A stretch of DNA of 64,000 bases, taken from IMG/VR virus record IMGVR_UViG_3300048597_000249, one strand, 5' to 3'. The stretch comes from an uncultured virus (IMG/VR IMGVR_UViG_3300048597_000249). Taxonomy: Duplodnaviria; Heunggongvirae; Uroviricota; Caudoviricetes. Below the pieces are notes generated by a model that was not told the origin of the DNA, did no database searches, and worked only from the letters and a program-made list of their open reading frames with translations. Positions 49,949 to 60,584 of this stretch are shown in pieces. Position 1 is the stretch's first letter. Every line of letters starts with the position of its first letter. Position numbers and translations under genes: made by a program.

Positions 49949-51364
49949 ATGAATGTTAAAAATAACAAAGTTGCTGTAACATGTATTGTTTGTAATGCGG
50001 TCAATCATGTATGTTTATCACGATCTAGAAAATACAAGACATGTTCTATGGCGTGTCGAGTTAAGTTATACAGTCCAAATTTATCTAATATAGTAGAAAA
50101 AACTTGTGAAATATGTGGTAAAGTAGAGCATTTACCACCTTCGCGCGCTAAAGTTTATAAAACTTGCTCATTGTCGTGTCGAAATAAACTTATTAGTATC
50201 AAGTTGACCAAAGAAAAAATAGTAAAAGTATGCTCGATATGTGGCAAAGAATTTATGCAAAAACTAAGCGATGTTGGACGAATAAAACATTGTTCTAAAG
50301 AATGTAGTTATAAAAGTTTAAAAGAAAGATATATAGGTGTGAACAATCCTGCTTGTAAGTATAAAACTATAGACCATAATTATTTTAAAAATGTTAATAG
50401 CGAGTTTAAAGCTTATTTGCTAGGTTGGATATGTAGCGATGGTCATGTTAGTAAAAATAATGTGAAGATAGCAATTAGAGATTACGATTATCAGCTATTA
50501 AACACCTTGCGTCAAGTTATATGTAAAGATTTACCGATCAAGTATTATAATCCGACTAAATCTGTGAGTTTGACAATTTGTTCAAAAACCTGGGTTAACG
50601 ATATATGCAATCTTTTACAAATAAAACCTGGTAAAAAATCAGCAGTTGTAAAATTTCCAGAGTTAGAAAATGATTTTTTAAAATGGTCTTTTTTGCGAGG
50701 TGTTTTTGACGGTGATGGGTCTATTATGTCATCCAAAATGGGGAGCACCTATCCAAAATGTAACATTACAAGCAATTCCCATGACCTTCTAAAAAGTATT
50801 GAAAATTTTGCGAATACAAATTGTTATGTTTCATATAAGCATAATTTTATAAATTTTAATGGCGAATACGCTATGGTATTTTTAAATAAACTTTATGCAA
50901 ATTCTAATTATCGCCTCTCTCGTAAGTATAATACTTATTTAGATTGGGTTTGTTGGGAGCCTGGTGTATTTGGTCATAAAAGTTATAAAGAAGATGCGAT
51001 AAGATTTGTTAAAACTCGCAGGCATAGTATTATACCAACATGCGCAGAACACGGTTATAAGATTTATGCGACAGATAATTTCGAAGTTGTTTATAACAAT
51101 GTTGTTAGTTATAATATTGGTATTCGTGCTGTACCACATGGTAAATTCTGGTATGATTTCGAGTTAGATAAAGATTTATATAACAGAGGTTATCGTTTAT
51201 TGGAGCCATTCGTACCGATAGGTGCTACAAACCATTCAACTATAAACCTCTTACTCAAAACCGATGGTGTAAATTGTGAAAATATTAAAACACCATTTAT
51301 AATTGGTGAGTTAGTTAAAAAAGAAATTGTTCGCCCAAGAATTGTTGAAGTAAATACCTTATAA
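49949..51364 (+). CDS. Zn-finger repeat + LAGLIDADG endonuclease with degenerate dUTPase-like C-terminus
   Basis: Three C..C...CS..C repeats; AYLLGWICSDG and FLRGVFDGDG helices. Confidence 0.85.
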   Translation: MNVKNNKVAVTCIVCNAVNHVCLSRSRKYKTCSMACRVKLYSPNLSNIVEKTCEICGKVEHLPPSRAKVYKTCSLSCRNKLISIKLTKEKIVKVCSICGKEFMQKLSDVGRIKHCSKECSYKSLKERYIGVNNPACKYKTIDHNYFKNVNSEFKAYLLGWICSDGHVSKNNVKIAIRDYDYQLLNTLRQVICKDLPIKYYNPTKSVSLTICSKTWVNDICNLLQIKPGKKSAVVKFPELENDFLKWSFLRGVFDGDGSIMSSKMGSTYPKCNITSNSHDLLKSIENFANTNCYVSYKHNFINFNGEYAMVFLNKLYANSNYRLSRKYNTYLDWVCWEPGVFGHKSYKEDAIRFVKTRRHSIIPTCAEHGYKIYATDNFEVVYNNVVSYNIGIRAVPHGKFWYDFELDKDLYNRGYRLLEPFVPIGATNHSTINLLLKTDGVNCENIKTPFIIGELVKKEIVRPRIVEVNTL

Positions 51365-51371
51365 TTACCGA

Positions 51372-51809
51372 GTGAAAGATATGAAATTTGAAATAAAGTT
51401 ATTAAACCCCAAAGCTCGTACACCTAAATACGCACACAAAACAGATGCCGGTTGTGATCTTTATTGTTTGGACGATGTGATTTTAGAACCAGGTGTGGTT
51501 AAAATTGTTCCTACGGGTATCGCAGTAAATATCCCAGAAGGATATGAAGGACAAATACGTTCTCGCAGTAGTGTAGCTACTAAAAAAACAATTATCATAC
51601 CAAATGCTCCTGCGACTATTGATTCAGGTTTTTGCGGAGAAATTTGTGTTGCGTTGTTAAATCTAGGTAATCATACTCAAGGTTTTTCTGCTGGTGATCG
51701 GATTGCTCAGTTAATATTTTCACCAATTGTTTATGCTGAATTTATCGAAGTAGAGGAGTTAGATGATACAGAACGTGGTGAAAATGGCTTTGGGAGTAGT
51801 GGCAAATGA
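51372..51809 (+). CDS. dut: Trimeric dUTPase
   Basis: DAGCDL, RSRSS, ATIDSGFCGEI, DRIAQL, RGENGFGSSG. Confidence 0.95.
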   Translation: MKDMKFEIKLLNPKARTPKYAHKTDAGCDLYCLDDVILEPGVVKIVPTGIAVNIPEGYEGQIRSRSSVATKKTIIIPNAPATIDSGFCGEICVALLNLGNHTQGFSAGDRIAQLIFSPIVYAEFIEVEELDDTERGENGFGSSGK

Positions 51810-53033
51810 ATGAGCTATTGATTTCTGTTTTGCAAAAAATTCCAAATGACGCTGTGCCAATTATTACAAAAACAGCTAAAAATGTTGTTGTACATAACGA
51901 CTATTTCTTTGGGGATGTTGCATATTCAGAAGAACTTGGTTATCGAGTAGAGTGGTATATTGGTGACAAACATATAGTTTTATACATGTTTGAAACAACA
52001 AATTTTTACGATGTATTAAGTTTTGATTATCGGCTTTCAAAATTTAATGTTTCGTTTGATTTAGAAGAATTCGTAAAATTATTTAATTAATTATGATTGG
52101 ATACGATGATTTAGAAATTGATTTGCGCTATGTTGTTGTTAAACCTAGTGTGAATGGCGAATTTCAAATTGGCGATCATATTAAACTACTTCCTGATGGT
52201 GCTGTTTTAAATTTAGAAGCCGGCGGTTGGATTGATATGCCATATTTGTCACAAGCTACTGAAGGTATGGTTGTCGAAATCGATAAAGAATGGTTAAGTG
52301 AAGAAAAAGAAAAGTTAAAACAACGATTAAAAGAATTAGAAAATGTATAAATTTAGTTAATTATTTGTTTTATTTATTGGAGATTTTTATGGAAAGTGCA
52401 GTTATTGTTGGTGTATTAGCTTTTTGTTTGATTCCTGTTATTGTGATTATTGCAGTTGGATGGAAAAATGTTTAAAGCTTTTGTTAATGGTTTACGCCGA
52501 GTATTAGATATTGGTGGTGTTGTCAAAGATTCTCGTGTTGAAAAAATTCGGCGTAAATATGGATTTGACAGTCCACCTAAATTTAAAACAATTAAGCAAG
52601 CTATGATTGCTGACCAAAAAGCGCTAGAAAGCGATTGGAACGCAGTAAGTGACGATTTGCGCAAAGTAGTACCAGCAGAATACTTTTCCGAAAAATGGAT
52701 TGATAGTTTACCAGAATGGACACCACATATTGTAATAGACTATGAAAGAATAGCAGATGACGACAATATTTAATTTTTTTTTTTTCAGCTAACACGATAA
52801 CAAATGATTAATTTAAACGACGAAGAAAGAGATTGGTTACAAGTTAGTGTATTACGTTTGATTGCTGCATCACACGGATTCAAGTTGACCAAAGATGATG
52901 TAGAAATTCTAAAACTATCAGATAACCCACGAATGAAAAATTGGCAACATTTAACGGAAAGTATTATGCAATTGATAGATGAGTTGTGATATTATAAAAT
53001 TGTATAATTTGATACAGAATCAAGGTTCGCCAA

Positions 53034-53411
53034 ATGAATAAAATAATTGAAAAGAAATTGCGGTTATCAAATTGTTCTAAGTTGCAGAAAAATAAAAAGT
53101 TAAAAACAAACGAAAAAGTATTGTTGAAAAATAAAAATAAAAATAAAACAGTTGATGTTATTTTAAATAATTTGTACAGTTTCATATTAAAAAGTGATGA
53201 TGCAATATGTTCGTCAGAATCACATTTACGAGAAGCAGTTTATCAATATGTAGCAAACTTGTCACCAAATGACCATCTTTTCAACCAAGATGATTTATTT
53301 TGCGACATGAAGAAAAGTGTTGTTACGGAAGCAGTTACTGAACGTTATTTGTTGGGTTTGGATATTGCGCCGCATTTGCAACAATATATTAACGTTGATT
53401 ATTTGAAGTAG
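53034..53411 (+). CDS. Hypothetical protein with basic N-terminus
   Basis: N-terminus similar to the 40-aa ORF at 53997. Confidence 0.55.
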   Translation: MNKIIEKKLRLSNCSKLQKNKKLKTNEKVLLKNKNKNKTVDVILNNLYSFILKSDDAICSSESHLREAVYQYVANLSPNDHLFNQDDLFCDMKKSVVTEAVTERYLLGLDIAPHLQQYINVDYLK

Positions 53412-53996
53412 TATGAGTAAAATATTTGCGCCATATATTTATTTTTTCAAATATCGAGATGGATTAAATTATTAAAGATATGTTAGATATAGAAGTTGAT
53501 GGCGATCCTATAGTAAATATTAGTTTTTAAAAATATGAACGAGCAACAAGTGGTTATACAAAATGATAATACAAAAAAGTATTTAGCAGTAAATAAAAAA
53601 GAATTAACATTATTTTGGATAGATGATATATGGTCAGCTATGGTAATTGATAAAAAAGATGCTCGTCGTATTTGCGACACTCTTAGCTCAGATATTTTTG
53701 GTTGTTATGACGATATAAAATTAATCAAAAAAAGTGAAAAGTATGTTGTTTATTATAAGAAAAAATATGACAATGGCGTTTACTATAACACTTTTTTAGA
53801 AAACAAATCGAACAAAAACTCAGATATAACTTGGACAACCACACTTAATAACGCTATGGTTTTTACGTATGAGGACGCTGTTAAAACCTCAGAAACATTT
53901 GAGAAAATTACTAAATTACCAATGATTTACACCAAGAAAGATATTTTAGATATTTTTTAATTTGGTATAATTAGATACGGAAATAAAGGTAAAAAT

Positions 53997-54119
53997 ATGA
54001 ATAAAATTATTGAGAGTAAGTTGCGTAAAGTGACCAATAACAAACTAGCGAAAGATAAGTTAAAAAAGAAAAATGAAGTAGTGTTATTAAAACAAAATTT
54101 GTGTTTAGTTGAGAAATAA
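53997..54119 (+). CDS. Small basic protein (not in ORF track)
   Basis: MNKIIESKLRKVTNNKLAKDKLKKKNEVVLLKQNLCLVEK*. Confidence 0.45.
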   Translation: MNKIIESKLRKVTNNKLAKDKLKKKNEVVLLKQNLCLVEK

Positions 54120-54126
54120 TAACTAA

Positions 54127-54199
54127 GCGCTGTTGGCCGAGTGGTTGAGGCAACGAACTCATAATTCGTCTTAGACAGGTTCGACTCCTGTACGGCGCA
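54127..54199 (+). tRNA. tRNA with CAT anticodon (probably Ile2, otherwise elongator Met); no encoded CCA
   Basis: GCGCTGT/ACGGCGC acceptor; ACGAA-CTCATAA-TTCGT anticodon arm; ACAGG-TTCGACT-CCTGT T-arm. Confidence 0.92.
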
Positions 54200-54421
54200 T
54201 GTTAATCATAGCGTTGTTAATTTTTAAAAATATGTTGAATAAAATTAAGCACAGAGTATTGTTTTTAGATCGAATATCATATTGTCCAATTTGTAGTGAA
54301 GATTTGTGCGGCGAACCGTTTTGTAGTAAACACGGTGATGTTAGTGGTCAACCTTTGTGGAAATATACTTGGTTGTTTAAGTTAATACCAAGTTGGTTGA
54401 AAAAATAAATAATTAATAAAA

Positions 54422-55081
54422 ATGAAAGTTAAATTTATTAGTGTTACTAAACCAGAAATTGAAATCGACGGTAAACCATTAACACCAGAAGGTTTAATTG
54501 CATATTGCGCCAGGGTAAGTTCGCCGAATCAAGAAAATCCTGACTATGAAAAATTGTTGCGATACTGTATGCGAGAAGGACATTGGTCAATTTTTGAAAT
54601 GGTCGATATGACTGTAGAAATTACGACTACTCGTGCTATTGCGCCGCAACTACTACGTCACAAATCGTTTTCCTGGCAAGAATTTAGTTTAAGGTACTCT
54701 GAAGCGTTAGATTACGAACCATGTGAAGCACGTCGTCAAGATTTAAAAAATCGCCAAAATTCTATTGATGATTTAGTTGATGAGGTTAAGGATTGGTTTA
54801 CGGACACGCAATTGGAAACCTGGGATGTTGCCTATGAAAATTATCAGCAAGCATTAAAATTTGGCATTGCCAAGGAATGCGCCCGGATGTTGTTACCGTT
54901 GAACACAGTAACCAAGTTGTATATGAAAGGTTCTGTTAGATCTTGGGTACATTATTTTCAAGTACGTTGTGATGATGCGACACAGAAAGAGCATCGGGAT
55001 ATTGCTTGTGCTATTCGTGATGATATTTTTTCAACCAAATTTCCAACTATTTATAATATTTTGATGAATAGTGATGTTTGA
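54422..55081 (+). CDS. thyX: FAD-dependent thymidylate synthase
   Basis: [45 protein letters not shown]. Confidence 0.95.
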   Translation: MKVKFISVTKPEIEIDGKPLTPEGLIAYCARVSSPNQENPDYEKLLRYCMREGHWSIFEMVDMTVEITTTRAIAPQLLRHKSFSWQEFSLRYSEALDYEPCEARRQDLKNRQNSIDDLVDEVKDWFTDTQLETWDVAYENYQQALKFGIAKECARMLLPLNTVTKLYMKGSVRSWVHYFQVRCDDATQKEHRDIACAIRDDIFSTKFPTIYNILMNSDV

Positions 55082-55184
55082 GCTTATTGTTTACTATCTG
55101 ATTGGTTTTATATTTGGGTTTCTTTATGGTGTGTCACGAAAATAATTAACAAAATATAATAGAAATAATTTATATTAAATAACA

Positions 55185-55514
55185 ATGTTGGAGTTAACTT
55201 TAAATCAACAATTTGACTATCGTGTTATCTCAGATAGCGCAACACGATTATCTAATGAGCAATTACTAGAACAACTTAAACAAGCACATCATCTTTTAAA
55301 ACAAAAATCTTTTATTTTAGATAACTTTCTTACAAATAGTTCGTTAGAAATTAAATTTATTGACAAATCTGACCCTACTTATTCTTTCAACCAACATTTA
55401 ATTTTTCTTGAGTTTGAAAAATATGATAGGGAGAAATTAATCGACGTATTACTAGGTACGATTAAAACTTTAATGTATACGGAAAATCATATTAAAAGTG
55501 TGTTAATCGGTTAA
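55185..55514 (+). CDS. nblA: NblA-like phycobilisome degradation adaptor, apparently two tandem NblA units
   Basis: LELTLNQQF......LSNEQL...L; second unit F......DREKL...L....LMYTENHIKSVL. Confidence 0.6.
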   Translation: MLELTLNQQFDYRVISDSATRLSNEQLLEQLKQAHHLLKQKSFILDNFLTNSSLEIKFIDKSDPTYSFNQHLIFLEFEKYDREKLIDVLLGTIKTLMYTENHIKSVLIG

Positions 55515-55542
55515 AATAAAACGGTATATTTTTTACCGTGAG

Positions 55543-56022
55543 ATGAGAATATTATCTATTGACGTTGGTATAGTTAATATAGGTTATGCTATTTTTGAGA
55601 TCGCCGAAAACGACATAACCTATCTTTCTTCTGGTTATTTATGCACAAAACATAAATCACAAACAAAAGAAAGGCTCGCAATTATTTATGATTATTTTGC
55701 CGATATTATAAAAAACACTGAAATAAAAACATTGATTTATGAACAACCAATATTTAATCGTGGTGCATCTGGCGCAAATGTAGTTAAAGCAGAAGGTATT
55801 TTATTATTGTTGGCGGGAATTAATAATTTAGATTGTTATAGTTATACGCCGAGTTGTATAAAAAAAGCATTAACTAAATTAGGAAAAGCCGATAAAAAAG
55901 ATGTTGAAAATGGCGTAAATAAATTTCTTAATTTACAATTAACTTTTAAAACGGATCATGAAAGTGATGCTTGTGCGATAGGTATTACTCATTTTCTGAA
56001 AACTAGCGAGGTGATTGAATAA
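55543..56022 (+). CDS. ruvC: Holliday junction resolvase RuvC
   Basis: ILSIDVG, LIYEQP, YTPSCIKK..T..GKADK, DHESDACAIG. Confidence 0.9.
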   Translation: MRILSIDVGIVNIGYAIFEIAENDITYLSSGYLCTKHKSQTKERLAIIYDYFADIIKNTEIKTLIYEQPIFNRGASGANVVKAEGILLLLAGINNLDCYSYTPSCIKKALTKLGKADKKDVENGVNKFLNLQLTFKTDHESDACAIGITHFLKTSEVIE

Positions 56023-56498
56023 TGGTTAATGCGGTCAGATGGTATAAGTCCACAAGCGAAGAAACAGCGATTGTACAGGTGTTTGAGAATGGTAGATGGG
56101 TTAATGCTCGTAATTCACGTATATACACTGCTGATGTCGATTTTAGGGGTAGTTTTGGTAATGCATCTGAAGGATTTGCGACTTTCCAAAAAGCGCTTAA
56201 ACTAGGATATGAAAACAAAGGCTTGTTTATTGCCGACGTAATAAAAGAAGATTGATATTTTTTCAATCGAGATAAGAATAACTGATACTCCTTGCATTTT
56301 TCTGGTATTGTGCAATCATTGTATAAATAGAGTTGAAAATAAATTTAAAGATGCGTAAACCAAGAATCAAAGCGAATCAAGTTGGTAAGATGAAAAAAGT
56401 TATGAAGATGGTGTTTGAAGATGGTAAAACTACTGGTGCAAAAGCAAGAAATGCAAAACAGTATTTTGCGGAAGTAATTTTAAATTCTTTATAAATAA

Positions 56499-56705
56499 AT
56501 GGAAAAAGATTATAATTCTAGCGGTATTTTTTTACCTTTATTGACAACGTTATTTATTGGGTTAAAACTTACTGGGTATATTGATTGGTCATGGTGGTGG
56601 GTGTTATCGCCGCTTTGGATACCGTTTGCTATTGTGTTAGTTTGTATGGCGATTATTTTTTCAATCTACGTCGTAGTTTATGTAGTTGAAAAATATTTAG
56701 CTTAA
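56499..56705 (+). CDS. Conserved phage membrane protein
   Basis: LFIGLKLTGYIDWSWWWVLSPLW. Confidence 0.75.
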   Translation: MEKDYNSSGIFLPLLTTLFIGLKLTGYIDWSWWWVLSPLWIPFAIVLVCMAIIFSIYVVVYVVEKYLA

Positions 56706-57603
56706 TTATTTTATATGGACTCTGTTTTGTTACAGAGTCTTTAATTAATTTAGGAATTATCTGAAATGTTAGTTAATAAAAATAGCATTGAAGCTACGTT
56801 GCTTGATTTTGCAAGTGTTGGAGAAAATATTGAAGATTTTTCGCAAGAAGAAATTGATTTGATTTTTAAGAGAACTTTTGAAGATTTGGCCACATATCAT
56901 TACCAGTGGGTTTTTAAACAAAACTGTTTAAAAGTTACAGAAGAACGAGAAAATATTTACAAAATCAATGATGTATTAAATTATTTACAAAGTTTTAATG
57001 ATACTTTATTGTGTAAACTATCAGTATGTAGTAAAAAGTTGTCTTCTGGACGTTATATGGTTTTTATTCGAGATTGTAATATTACAACTCCGTTAATCAA
57101 AGTAAAAGAATGTTTAGACGATATAAAAGACAAATATGGTAATTTAGAAGTATTTTTTAATAAAGGTGATTTAAAATCTTTAAAAATAATTACACTTCCT
57201 GTAGAATCTTATTTAACTTTGGTGTAAAAATGTATAACTTAGTTGTTTTAAAAAATAAAATAGGTTACGTTACAAGTGTTTTTGATCGACGTGGTAATGA
57301 GATTTGGAACAATGTAAATTACGCCGATTTGTTAGTAGACGATTTGGCGCAACAACATTTCTCAATCGACAATGTGTTATTTGATGATTGGTCGTTATTT
57401 TGTGTACAGCTACTGGCTACATCAAAGTTATTTAATAAAGATGTAAAATTGATAAGTATTTCTGATGTACCGCAGGAAGAGTTATTTATTGCTAATGAGT
57501 GTATGGGAGTTTATGGAAAAGCGAGATATGTGCATCGAATGTTTTTGAAAGACAAGAATAAAGTTGCTTGTTAGAATAAAAATCCTAAATAATTAGTAAG
57601 AAT

Positions 57604-59805
57604 ATGATTTTAAAAGATAGTATTCGTCGTCACTTTGAAAATGTTGCGCCTAAATATATTGAGTGGGATTTTTATAAAAACTATATTGATGTTGAACCGC
57701 CATTTGGTCAGTTAGGATTACCTGTATTTTTGCGCACTTATTCTCGCCATATTCCCTCTGAAAAACGACGAGAGAAATGGATCGAAACGGTACTGCGTAA
57801 TGTTGAATTTAGTATTGGGTTGGATAATGTTACATCTTACGCTGAGTTGAAAAAAGAAGCTAAAGAATTGTTTGATTATATTTTCAATCTACGCACTTTC
57901 CCTAGTGGTCGTTCATTATGGGTGGCTGGTAGTCAACAAACACAAGTTGATCCTTCATCAGTTTGGAATTGTACTTTTCGTTCTATTAATAGCATTACTT
58001 CTTTTAGTGAAATCTTTTATTGGTTATTAATTGGTGCTGGTTGTGGTTTTTCTGTAGAACAAAAATATATTGATTTATTACCATATTTTTATAACGAAAA
58101 TAAAACTATTTCTCATACTGGCGAAAATGTTTGGATTAAAAATAATGAAGAAACAGTTTTTGCGTATGATTGTTGTGTTAAAAATTTAACTAATTTGGAT
58201 TTAACGTTATCTGATTATGAATATCGCCGTAAAATAAATATTCCTAAAAGTGTTCAAAATATTGTTATTTACGTTGGGGATAGTAAACAAGGATGGTGTA
58301 ATGCTGTTCGTTTATATTTAACCTTATTAACCTATGAGCAAAGTTTAAATATTACGTTTGACTATTCTTGGGTTAGACCAAAAGGTGAACCGTTGAAAGT
58401 ATTTGGTGGACGTGCTTCAGGATGTAGAAATTTAATAGATCTATTTGATCGTATGCACGAAACTATTTCTGCAAATAAACTATCTTCTGTAAATTGTTTG
58501 GATTTAGTTTGCATTATTGGTTGCGCTGTTGTATCAGGAGGGATTCGTAGAACGGCTCTTATTGGTTTAGGTGGTGCAGAAGATGATGAATTTAAAACTG
58601 CTAAATATAAATTATGGCAAGATCCTGCAAAAGCTAAATATACAAAATATCGAGTAATGTCCAATAATTCTATTGCTGAAAAATCAAAAAAACCAGATCG
58701 ACAAGTCTTTGACGAAATGTTTATCGCGATTAAATCGAATGGCGAACCTGGTATTTGGAATGTTGGTAATGCTCAAAAATATGATGAACAAATCATTGGT
58801 ACTAACCCATGCGGTGAATCAGGTTTACGTGATAAGCAGTCCTGTAACCTTACGACAAATAATGTATTAGCATTTGTTAAAAAAACTGAAAATGGCGATA
58901 CTTATTTTGATGAAGAAAATTGGCGCAAATCCTTATATTTATCAACTCGTATTGGTAGTCGTGTAACAACTCTTTCTCAATGGCATCCAGAATGGGATAG
59001 AGTGCAAAAATCACAACGGTTACTCGGTGTGTCGATGACTGGTTTAATGGACGCTGTGGATACGCTGGGTTGGGATGAAAAACAATTAGAAAGTTTTTTA
59101 ATTCGTTCGCAACAATATGTGCGAGATGTTGCCGATAGTTATCACGAAAGACTAAGTATTGAACGTAGTACTCGTATTACCCTTTTTAAACCAGAAGGAA
59201 GTTTAAGTCAGTTACCCACTGTATCCAGTGGTATTCATCGTGCTTATTCGCCACAATACTTGCGCAGGGTGCGTTTTTCAGCCATTGACCCTTTGGCAAA
59301 AGCTTTACTCAATGTTGTTGGTCAAAGTAATGTTAAACCCGAAAATGGACAGGGTGAAGATATTATGAACGAACATGTAGATACATGGGTATTCACATTT
59401 CCAATTCGGACGAAAGCAAAGATTCGTGCCATTGATGAACCTGCAATCACACAATTAGAGCGTTATAAACTTGCGCAAAGTACGTATACCGCTGATGGTC
59501 ACAATACGTCTGTTACAGTTACAGTAGCCGAAGACGAGTGGGATGATGTCGCCGATTGGGTATATAAAAATTGGGAATCCATTATTGGAGTAAGTTTTTT
59601 ACCGAAATACGATCCAGAAAAAGATGTATATCCGCAAATGCCATATGAACCGTGTAGTGTTGACAAATACAAAGGACTAAAAAATATTATGCCAACGTTT
59701 AGTGAAAATCAACTTATTACATTGATATCCAAATATGAAGATAATTATGATGAATATCAGATTTTAGAAGATGCTTGTGCTAGCGGTGCTTGTCCACTTC
59801 GTTGA
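57604..59805 (+). CDS. nrdJ: Class II (adenosylcobalamin-dependent) ribonucleotide reductase, monomeric RTPR-type
   Basis: PSGRSLW, WNC, GGRASG, GGIRRTA, GTNPCGE...CNL, KPEGSLS, C-terminal CASGACP. Confidence 0.93.
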   Translation: MILKDSIRRHFENVAPKYIEWDFYKNYIDVEPPFGQLGLPVFLRTYSRHIPSEKRREKWIETVLRNVEFSIGLDNVTSYAELKKEAKELFDYIFNLRTFPSGRSLWVAGSQQTQVDPSSVWNCTFRSINSITSFSEIFYWLLIGAGCGFSVEQKYIDLLPYFYNENKTISHTGENVWIKNNEETVFAYDCCVKNLTNLDLTLSDYEYRRKINIPKSVQNIVIYVGDSKQGWCNAVRLYLTLLTYEQSLNITFDYSWVRPKGEPLKVFGGRASGCRNLIDLFDRMHETISANKLSSVNCLDLVCIIGCAVVSGGIRRTALIGLGGAEDDEFKTAKYKLWQDPAKAKYTKYRVMSNNSIAEKSKKPDRQVFDEMFIAIKSNGEPGIWNVGNAQKYDEQIIGTNPCGESGLRDKQSCNLTTNNVLAFVKKTENGDTYFDEENWRKSLYLSTRIGSRVTTLSQWHPEWDRVQKSQRLLGVSMTGLMDAVDTLGWDEKQLESFLIRSQQYVRDVADSYHERLSIERSTRITLFKPEGSLSQLPTVSSGIHRAYSPQYLRRVRFSAIDPLAKALLNVVGQSNVKPENGQGEDIMNEHVDTWVFTFPIRTKAKIRAIDEPAITQLERYKLAQSTYTADGHNTSVTVTVAEDEWDDVADWVYKNWESIIGVSFLPKYDPEKDVYPQMPYEPCSVDKYKGLKNIMPTFSENQLITLISKYEDNYDEYQILEDACASGACPLR

Positions 59806-59894
59806 AATAATATAGTTTCGCCATGTTTTTGTTAAAGGGGTGTGGCGAACCCCACGTAAGATAAAATTGATTAGTACACGTTAAGAACAAAAAT

Positions 59895-60506
59895 ATGGTT
59901 GTTGCAGTAGAGAAAAAACCACGTATTAAAAATGGTATTTGTGGTAGCGGTGATAAAATGTCTTCCGCATTAATTGAAGGATTGCGCTTACCAAAATCAC
60001 ATAAAGTATTTCAAATTTATGGAGCACAAGAAAGACTTTGTAATACGTTGTCTCTTTTTAAATGTCGCTATGGTCGTGAGTTAGAGTTTGACGATTTTCG
60101 CATTCTAACCTGGTTAATTCGCAATCTAAACTGTTTGGGTGGTTTCTGTTATACCAAGGGTACAAACGCCGATTTTGTGTTTCCTGAGTCGTTTTTAGAC
60201 AAGCTTGAGGAACGTATATTTGATGTTTTTCAACCTGCCACGACAGATTGTTTAGACTTTCTTATCCAAGACGAAGAATCATTTATTTTAATGGATCGTT
60301 GTCGAATTGAAATACGTGATTTAGAACGTGCTTTTGCTATTTGGTATGAGGTGCTTTACGGTAAACAAGAAGCAAGTGGTTCTATTTTGTTGATGTCGCA
60401 AATTTTAAATCGACTAAGTACCTATTTTTTCAATCTACTACGCTATGAGGGTTTGAAAAAAAATATTAGTGAGAAACCTTGGTCAGGTAAAGTAGAAAGT
60501 TTTTAA
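59895..60506 (+). CDS. PduO-type ATP:cob(I)alamin adenosyltransferase (divergent)
   Basis: GSGDK.SS.L..G.RLPK......YG; CR...RDLER; LNRLSTYFF.L.R. Confidence 0.75.
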   Translation: MVVAVEKKPRIKNGICGSGDKMSSALIEGLRLPKSHKVFQIYGAQERLCNTLSLFKCRYGRELEFDDFRILTWLIRNLNCLGGFCYTKGTNADFVFPESFLDKLEERIFDVFQPATTDCLDFLIQDEESFILMDRCRIEIRDLERAFAIWYEVLYGKQEASGSILLMSQILNRLSTYFFNLLRYEGLKKNISEKPWSGKVESF

Positions 60507-60527
60507 CATTAATAAACTAGGAATAAG

Positions 60528-60554
60528 AAGACATCAATCTGCGATGTCTTTTTT
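60528..60554 (+). terminator. Rho-independent terminator
   Basis: AAGACATC/GATGTCTT stem plus T-run. Confidence 0.6.
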
Positions 60555-60584
60555 ATTATTTATGCTAAAATAAATCAACAACAT

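Noticed and set aside
49778..51809. Intron- or intein-split dUTPase
   Set aside because: The downstream dut is complete with its own motif I, there is no room for intron core sequence, and no intein Cys/His-Asn termini are present
36970..59805. Inteins in PolB or NrdJ
   Set aside because: Catalytic motifs are normally spaced, and no splice-junction or LAGLIDADG motifs occur inside these ORFs
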